Of a stretch of 64,000 nt of DNA, positions 58,186-64,000 are shown piece by piece. Both the position numbers and the translations under genes were made by a program. Source of the DNA: Candidatus Eiseniibacteriota bacterium (GTDB lineage Bacteria; Eisenbacteria; RBG-16-71-46); NCBI GenBank assembly GCA_031364845.1, contig JANLWX010000028.1:32001-96000 (forward strand), in the 5' to 3' direction. The notes below the pieces were generated by a model, which was not told the DNA's origin, made no database searches, and saw only the letters and a list, made by a program, of their open reading frames with translations. The first letter of the stretch is position 1. Each line of letters opens with the position of its first letter.

Positions 58186-60012
58186 ATGGCGATTCGAGTT
58201 CCCAACAAGGCTCGCGCGGCCGCGCGGAAGCCGGGCACCGGACGGACCACCGGCTCTCGGAGTTCGGCCCCTGCCGCCCGCAAGACGCGCAATGGCAATG
58301 GCGCTGCGAACGGGAAGTCCGCCGCAGCCGCCAAGGGCGCCGCCCGTTCGGACCGCACGAGATCGGAAGCGCAGACCTCGTGGGAGCAGAAGTTCACCGC
58401 CTCTCGCGAGCGCGCCGGCCTCTATCCGTTCACGATTTCGGGCATTCCGATCAAGCCGCTCTATGGGCCCGAAGACATCGCGGACATGGATCTCGAGCGC
58501 GAGCTGGGCTACCCGGGCGAGTATCCGTACACGCGCGGCGTCCACGCTTCGATGTATCGCGGGCGGATGTTCACGATGCGGCAGTTCGCCGGGTTCGGGC
58601 GCGCGCACGAGACCAACCAGCGCTTCCACTATCTGCTGTCGCACGGGCAGACCGGGCTCTCGATCGCGTTCGACAACCCGACCATCATGGGTTACGACAG
58701 CGATCATCCGAAGGCGCACGGCGAGATTGGCAAGTGCGGGGTCGCGGTCGACAGTCTGCGCGACATGGAGGTCCTGCTCGACGGCATCGATCCCGGTGCC
58801 ATCTCCACGTCGATGACGATCAACGGTCCGGCCTCGATTCTCTATGCGTTCTATCTCGCGAACGCCGACAAGAAGGGCGTGCCGTTCAACAAGCTGCGGG
58901 GCACGCTGCAGAACGACATCCTGAAGGAGTACATCGCGCAGAAGTGCTGGTGCTTCCCGCCGCGACCGTCGCTGCGCATCATCGTCGACCTGATCGAATT
59001 CTCGATGAAGCACGTGCCGCAGTGGAACACGATCTCGGTTTCGGGTTATCACATCCGCGAGGCGGGTTCGACGGCAGCACAGGAACTGGCGTTCACGCTC
59101 GCCGACGGCTTCACGTACGTCGAGGAATGCGTGAAGCGCGGGCTCGATGTCGATGCATTCGCGCCGCGGCTGAGCTTCTTCTGGAACAGCCATCTCGACT
59201 TCTTCGAAGAGATCGCGAAGCTGCGCGCGGCCCGGCGCATCTGGGCGCGGCACATGCGCGAGCGTTATAAGGCCAAGCGCCCGGAGTCGTGGCTGATGCG
59301 CTTCCACACGCAGACCGCCGGGTGCTCGCTGTGGGACAAGCAGCCGGAGAACAACGTGATGCGCACCGCATTCGAGGCACTCGCGGCGGTGCTCGGCGGC
59401 ACGCAGTCGCTGCATACGAACTCGATGGACGAGACGATCGCTCTGCCGAGCGATCGCGCGGTCAAGATCGCGCTGCGCACGCAGCAGATCATCGCGCACG
59501 AGATCGGCGTCACCGAGACGATCGATCCGCTCGCGGGCTCCTACTATGTCGAGTCGCTCACCAACACGCTCGAGGAGCAGGCCGAGGAATACTTCCGCCA
59601 GATCCAGGCGATGGGCGGCGTGGTCGCGGGCATCGAGCAGGGGTTCTTCCAGCGCGAGATCGGCACCGCGGCCTATCAGTATCAGCGCGAGATGGAGCGG
59701 AAGCAGCGCGTGATCGTCGGCGTCAACGAGTACGTCGAGCCGTACGAGAAGCTCGACATCCCGATCCTCTACATCTCGGACGAGATCGAGCAGGAGCAGA
59801 AGCAGGCGCTCGCCGAGTTGCGCCGCACGCGGCATGACGCGGCGACGACTTCCTCGCTGCGGGCACTGACCGCAGCGGCCGCCACCGCGCCGGGCGAGCA
59901 GAACGTGATGGAGAAGATTCTCGACTGCGCGCGCTCCTACGCCACCGAAGGCGAGATCCGCGGCGCGATGCGCGAAGTGTACGGCGACTACGTGGAGAGC
60001 GCCGACTTCTAG
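58186..60012 (+). CDS. B12-dependent acyl-CoA mutase large subunit, isobutyryl-CoA mutase (IcmA)-like
   Basis: [46 protein letters not shown]; no B12-binding domain. Confidence 0.9.
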   Translation: MAIRVPNKARAAARKPGTGRTTGSRSSAPAARKTRNGNGAANGKSAAAAKGAARSDRTRSEAQTSWEQKFTASRERAGLYPFTISGIPIKPLYGPEDIADMDLERELGYPGEYPYTRGVHASMYRGRMFTMRQFAGFGRAHETNQRFHYLLSHGQTGLSIAFDNPTIMGYDSDHPKAHGEIGKCGVAVDSLRDMEVLLDGIDPGAISTSMTINGPASILYAFYLANADKKGVPFNKLRGTLQNDILKEYIAQKCWCFPPRPSLRIIVDLIEFSMKHVPQWNTISVSGYHIREAGSTAAQELAFTLADGFTYVEECVKRGLDVDAFAPRLSFFWNSHLDFFEEIAKLRAARRIWARHMRERYKAKRPESWLMRFHTQTAGCSLWDKQPENNVMRTAFEALAAVLGGTQSLHTNSMDETIALPSDRAVKIALRTQQIIAHEIGVTETIDPLAGSYYVESLTNTLEEQAEEYFRQIQAMGGVVAGIEQGFFQREIGTAAYQYQREMERKQRVIVGVNEYVEPYEKLDIPILYISDEIEQEQKQALAELRRTRHDAATTSSLRALTAAAATAPGEQNVMEKILDCARSYATEGEIRGAMREVYGDYVESADF

Positions 60013-60038
60013 AGCACTTCAAGCACGGAGGAGATCGC

Positions 60039-60704
60039 ATGTCGCCAGCGGAAACCACGATCGTCATGGTGGTCGGTGTCGGAGTGATCGCGCTGCTCAT
60101 CAAATCGTTTTCGCGTGACGGGCATGCGACCTCGGCCGAAGTGGATCCGGTCGATGCGCTGCTGGCCGAGGCGTCGGGTGCCGATCCCCAAACCGTGGGC
60201 GAGGTCGTCGCCATCACGTCGGACGGTTGGGCGTTCGTGCCCGACGGGCACGCCATTCAATTGATTCCGCCGGATTCGGGTGAGGACATGATCCCGGTGC
60301 GCTCCGAATACATGACAGGATCGTCATCGCAAACCGACCCGGAGATCCAGGTGATGGGTGGCCGCGGCGGTCCCGTGCATCCGCGCACGCATCACCCGAC
60401 AGGCTCGTTCAAACCCGGCGAGCGCATCAACGTGGGCGACCTGATCGGCGCGCGGGTGAAGCGCGGAGCTCCGGACCTCGATCCGTGGCGGCTCGAAGCC
60501 GTCGGGCGCGATCAGGATTACCGCGCGTGGTTCTTCGAGACCGAGGAGGCCGCGCGCGCCGCACTCGCGCTGCTCGAGCGCCGGGTCGTTCGCCCGCTGA
60601 AGGACGAATACGGCGAGCCGATTCTGTTGACCTCCGCGGACTTCGACGCCGCGCGCGAACTCGACGAAGAGACCGAGCGCGCACTGGATGCAGGCGAGGA
60701 GTGA
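60039..60704 (+). CDS. Hypothetical protein with N-terminal membrane anchor
   Basis: GGAGGAG then ATG; hydrophobic N-terminus; acidic body. Confidence 0.7.
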   Translation: MSPAETTIVMVVGVGVIALLIKSFSRDGHATSAEVDPVDALLAEASGADPQTVGEVVAITSDGWAFVPDGHAIQLIPPDSGEDMIPVRSEYMTGSSSQTDPEIQVMGGRGGPVHPRTHHPTGSFKPGERINVGDLIGARVKRGAPDLDPWRLEAVGRDQDYRAWFFETEEAARAALALLERRVVRPLKDEYGEPILLTSADFDAARELDEETERALDAGEE

Positions 60705-60827
60705 GGTCTATAGTCCGCCGGTCCGGTTTCGCGACACGATAAGGCGTTACCAAGACTCCAGCGGTCGGTGCGCGCCGGCGAGACATCCTGAAATTTCGAC
60801 GTCCCGTCTTTCGCGGGAAGGAGCGAC

Positions 60828-61652
60828 ATGCAACGCAAGATTCGCGTGCTGGTGGGCAAGCCCGGCCTCGACGGCCACGATCGCGGCGCCAAGGTGGTCG
60901 CGGCGGCATTGCGCGACGCCGGCATGGAGGTGATCTACACCGGACTGCATCAGACGTCGGAGCAGATCGTGGAAGCGGCGCTGCAGGAGGATGTCGATGT
61001 GGTCGCCCTCTCGATCCTCTCCGGTGCCCACATGACGCAGTTTCCCGAAGTGCACGAGCTGCTGAAAGCGCGCGGGCTCGGCGACCGGCTTCTGACCGGC
61101 GGAGGCATTATCCCGCCCGAGGACATGGAGACGCTGGCCCAGCGGGGAGTGGGCCGGCTGTTCGGTCCCGGTGCCTCGACGCAGGACATCGTCGAATACA
61201 TCCGCCACTGGTTCAGCGAGCGCTACGGCGCGGACGCACTGATGCCGTTGCCGCCACCGCGCGAGATCCGTCCCCCGGCGCCGTCCAAACCGGCGCCGGC
61301 GAAGCCGGTGCCGGAGCCTTTGACTGCGAAGCCGGCACGCGCGCAGAAACCTGTGCCGAAGCGGGCGACCGCAAGACCTGCACGCGCGAAGAAGGCCGCA
61401 TCGAAGCGCGCGACTCCGAAGCCGGCTCGAGCGAAGAAGGCCGCGTCGAAGCGCGCAACTCCGAAGCCGGCACGCGCGAAGAAGGCCGCGCCGAAACGTG
61501 CGACTCCGAAGCGCGCACGTGCGAAGAATGCCGCGTCGAAGCGCGCCGCTCCGAAGCGCGCGGCCGCAAAGCGGGTGCCGGCCAGAAAGTCCGCGCCCAA
61601 GGGGAAATCCGCGAAGCGCGCCGCTTCGCGGCGCGTGACACGACGGCGTTGA
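60828..61652 (+). CDS. Cobalamin-binding small subunit of acyl-CoA mutase with histone H1-like C-terminal tail
   Basis: GLDGHDRG (DxHxxG), SILSGAH, GGGII, FGPG; then Pro linker and Lys/Ala/Arg repeats. Confidence 0.93.
   Translation: MQRKIRVLVGKPGLDGHDRGAKVVAAALRDAGMEVIYTGLHQTSEQIVEAALQEDVDVVALSILSGAHMTQFPEVHELLKARGLGDRLLTGGGIIPPEDMETLAQRGVGRLFGPGASTQDIVEYIRHWFSERYGADALMPLPPPREIRPPAPSKPAPAKPVPEPLTAKPARAQKPVPKRATARPARAKKAASKRATPKPARAKKAASKRATPKPARAKKAAPKRATPKRARAKNAASKRAAPKRAAAKRVPARKSAPKGKSAKRAASRRVTRRR
61332..61556 (+). repeat. Five tandem 45-bp units encoding [19 protein letters not shown] repeats
   Basis: Units start at 61332, 61377, 61422, 61467 and 61512. Confidence 0.9.
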
Positions 61653-62254
61653 ATCCGTCCCGCCTGCTCGTCGCCCTCAACGGAAGTCCCCGGCGCGACA
61701 GCAGCATCGATCTGTTGCTCCAGGCCGTGTGCGCGGGCGCCGTCGCCGGTGGAGGCCGGGCACAGCACGTGTTGTGCGGAGACCTGAAGGCGATCCCCTG
61801 CCAGGCCTGCGGCCCCGAGCCCACGACCGGCTTCTGCATCTTTCACGACGACATGGACCGGGTGTACGAGGCGCTGCGGGACGCGCATGCGGTGGTCGTC
61901 GGCTCGCCCGTCTACTTCGACACCGTGAGTGCCCAACTCAAAGTCGTGATGGATCGCTGCAATTGCATCACCATGCTGGTGCGCGCGCCCGAAGGCGGCG
62001 AAGTCCTCCGCCCGCAATGGGCGCGCACGCGGCGCGCGGCGTTCGTGACCGCGTGCAGTTCACAGCATCGTTACGACCTGGCCGAGCGCAGTGTGCGAGG
62101 ATTCCTCAAGTGGATCGGCGCGAAATGGGAGGAAACACTCGCATGGCAGCACGAGGACAACGAGGCCGGCAGTGTGCGCACTCGCCCGGAACTGCTCGAA
62201 CGGGCACACGTGCTGGGACGGCGGCTGATCGAGAGCCCGCCGCTCGAGCCGTGA
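61649..62254 (+). CDS. Flavodoxin-like iron-sulfur flavoprotein / NAD(P)H-FMN reductase
   Basis: NGSPR, CQAC......C...DDM, GSPVYF, K...DR. Confidence 0.87.
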   Translation: MNPSRLLVALNGSPRRDSSIDLLLQAVCAGAVAGGGRAQHVLCGDLKAIPCQACGPEPTTGFCIFHDDMDRVYEALRDAHAVVVGSPVYFDTVSAQLKVVMDRCNCITMLVRAPEGGEVLRPQWARTRRAAFVTACSSQHRYDLAERSVRGFLKWIGAKWEETLAWQHEDNEAGSVRTRPELLERAHVLGRRLIESPPLEP

Positions 62255-62961
62255 TGCGGACGTCGCGCTGGACCGCCGGGCTCGCCCGGTTACACGTCGT
62301 CGTGTTCATGCTCGCGTGTGCGGGATGCGCGCGCGCCGATGCACCCGCCGACTCTCCGCCGCCCGGATCCCCGAACTTCGCCGTGATCGAAGCGATCGAA
62401 GGCGCGCCGCCTGACTCGCTCGGTGGCCGCGAGTTCTGGACCGCACTGCGAAGCACGTTCATCCGTTCGTCGTTCACCACGCAGCACGCCGCGGCCCGGG
62501 CCGGCGAATATGCGATCGGCGTTCCCATTTCCAACCGTTTCGTGCTGCTCGAGGGATCGGGTGCCGCGAAGAATCCCGACGCCTATCGCGTCCAGTTGAC
62601 GCTCGAATGGCTGAAGCCGCCCGCGCCGCGCGCGGCACCACGCGGCAAGCGCAAGGCGACCGCCGCGGCGATCCCCGCAGTACCCGACACCTCCGCGCCG
62701 CGCGCGTTCGTCTCGGTCGTCGTGTGGCCGCCCGGAGTCGACCCGGCCATCGTGCGGATCGCAGCGGCGAGCGACACCGTCACCTTTCTCGCCCCGCGAG
62801 CGCCGGTGGCGGCGCACGGGGCATCGATCGGTCGTGCAGCGGCGCTGCTGGTGGTCGAACGTCTGCACCACCTGAGCGGCGACCTGCCCGAAGACGAGCG
62901 CTTGAAGGTCGATCAGGCCGACCGGCATCGCTTGGCGGACGAGGGTCCGGCCCGCCGGTAG
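62254..62961 (+). CDS. Hypothetical secreted protein or lipoprotein
   Basis: Coupled start (TGATG); signal with LACAGC. Confidence 0.6.
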   Translation: MRTSRWTAGLARLHVVVFMLACAGCARADAPADSPPPGSPNFAVIEAIEGAPPDSLGGREFWTALRSTFIRSSFTTQHAAARAGEYAIGVPISNRFVLLEGSGAAKNPDAYRVQLTLEWLKPPAPRAAPRGKRKATAAAIPAVPDTSAPRAFVSVVVWPPGVDPAIVRIAAASDTVTFLAPRAPVAAHGASIGRAAALLVVERLHHLSGDLPEDERLKVDQADRHRLADEGPARR

Positions 62962-63056
62962 ACACGAGGTCATGCTAACCTGATGGCCTGCGCCTGTCGG
63001 ACGTGTGCCGATGCGGTTGAACGCCCGTAGCCGCTGTGACTCGCCGGGAGGATGAA

Positions 63057-63473
63057 ATGCGTAGAGACCCGAAAGCCATCGTTCAGCCGCAAGATCCCAT
63101 CGACCTCGATGGAGTTCGGAAACACTTCGACCGGCCCGAGGTTGCTGCTGTCTATGTGTTCGGGTCTGTGGCCGATGGCTCGCCCCATGCGTTGAGTGAC
63201 ATCGATCTCGCCTACCTCGGCGTCAGCTGCGAAGCAGAGGACCGTGCCTTCGATGAACTCTACGAGTCTCTTCAAGGACAGTTGGGGGAAGGGCGATTTG
63301 ATCTGGTCCCGTTGCATCGGGCGCCGCTGCATCTCCAATATGCCGTCGCGACCACAGGGGTGGCGCTTCATGTGAAGAACCCGAGCCTCGCCGAGGAGTT
63401 TGGGACCCGCGCGATCACCCGATTTCTGGACTTCAAGCCATGTCGCGACCAGTACTTCGGAACCGGGGGCTGA
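63057..63473 (+). CDS. Minimal nucleotidyltransferase antitoxin (MntA-like)
   Basis: YVFGSVADG.....SDIDLA (GSx10DxD). Confidence 0.9.
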   Translation: MRRDPKAIVQPQDPIDLDGVRKHFDRPEVAAVYVFGSVADGSPHALSDIDLAYLGVSCEAEDRAFDELYESLQGQLGEGRFDLVPLHRAPLHLQYAVATTGVALHVKNPSLAEEFGTRAITRFLDFKPCRDQYFGTGG

Positions 63474-63475
63474 TC

Positions 63476-63898
63476 GTGGTGGCGGATCGCAGAAAAGTCG
63501 AAGACCGGATCGACCGCATCCGCCGGTTCAAGCGAGACCTCGAAGAATTTGGGCGAATTCCCCGCGAGGCTTTTCGAACAAACCGTGAACGACAATACGC
63601 CGTCCTCCACGCCATGCAGAATGCGATCGAAGGTTGTATCGAAATCGCCTCCCACATCATTGCTGCCGACCATCTCGGTGCGCCGACGGACTATGCCCAC
63701 CTGTTCTCACTGCTCGAAGAGCATCGCGTCATCCCGTCCGCAACCGCGGACGCGATGCGTCAGATGGCGAGGTTTCGCAATCGGATCGTCCACCTCTATT
63801 GGGATCTCGACCTCGATCTCATCTACGACTACCTGACCAGCCGACTGGGCGACGTCGACGCCTACCTTCTGGCGATCGAGGAATATCTCGGCAGGTAG
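63476..63898 (+). CDS. HEPN/DUF86 RNase toxin (HepT-like)
   Basis: RNRIVHLY (Rx4HxY). Confidence 0.9.
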   Translation: MVADRRKVEDRIDRIRRFKRDLEEFGRIPREAFRTNRERQYAVLHAMQNAIEGCIEIASHIIAADHLGAPTDYAHLFSLLEEHRVIPSATADAMRQMARFRNRIVHLYWDLDLDLIYDYLTSRLGDVDAYLLAIEEYLGR

Positions 63899-64000
63899 GT
63901 CTTGCACTGCGATTTTCGGAAGTGCCCGGCGTGCGGTAGATTTCCCTCGCGTTTCGTTCACGTTCCCGTTGCTGCGGCGTTCGCAGCGCGCTCCCGGCTT

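Noticed and set aside
61332..61556. CRISPR-like periodic repeat
   Set aside because: Head-to-tail in-frame coding repeats with no unique spacers and no cas genes

Overview
High-GC bacterial chromosomal window. The lineage is probably an FCB-superphylum candidate phylum such as Ca. Eisenbacteria, but this is inferred from protein style only. In order, it holds: (1) a pyrimidine cluster pyrR-EamA / pyrB-pyrC-TPR lipoprotein-pyrK-pyrD-HNH-pyrF, with a PyrR-binding hairpin over the pyrB ribosome-binding site; (2) an outer-membrane barrel plus lipoprotein, an ECF sigma/anti-sigma pair, an OPT transporter and a secreted helical-barrel protein; (3) a ~4.9-kb AT-richer island (19613-24445) bracketed by a ~76-bp imperfect direct repeat of a host gene 3' end, with a G12 tract inside a promoter spacer, a secreted protein ending in a TWGKVK-type motif, a double beta-helix tailspike-like protein and a phage-like partner, but no integrase; (4) a ~28-kb surface-polysaccharide region (GDP-, UDP-, dTDP- and CDP-sugar enzymes, Wza/Wzz, two O-antigen ligase/Wzy-like genes, WcaJ, WecA, glycosyltransferases, methyltransferases) containing a promoter flanked by 13-bp inverted repeats between divergent operons; (5) khpA-rimM-trmD-rplS-rnhB-yraN; (6) a UgtP-like gene, meaB and a split B12 acyl-CoA mutase with isobutyryl-CoA mutase residues and histone-like tails; (7) an MNT-HEPN toxin-antitoxin pair. 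No rRNA, tRNA or CRISPR array was seen. All family calls come from motif recognition by eye; no database searches were run.
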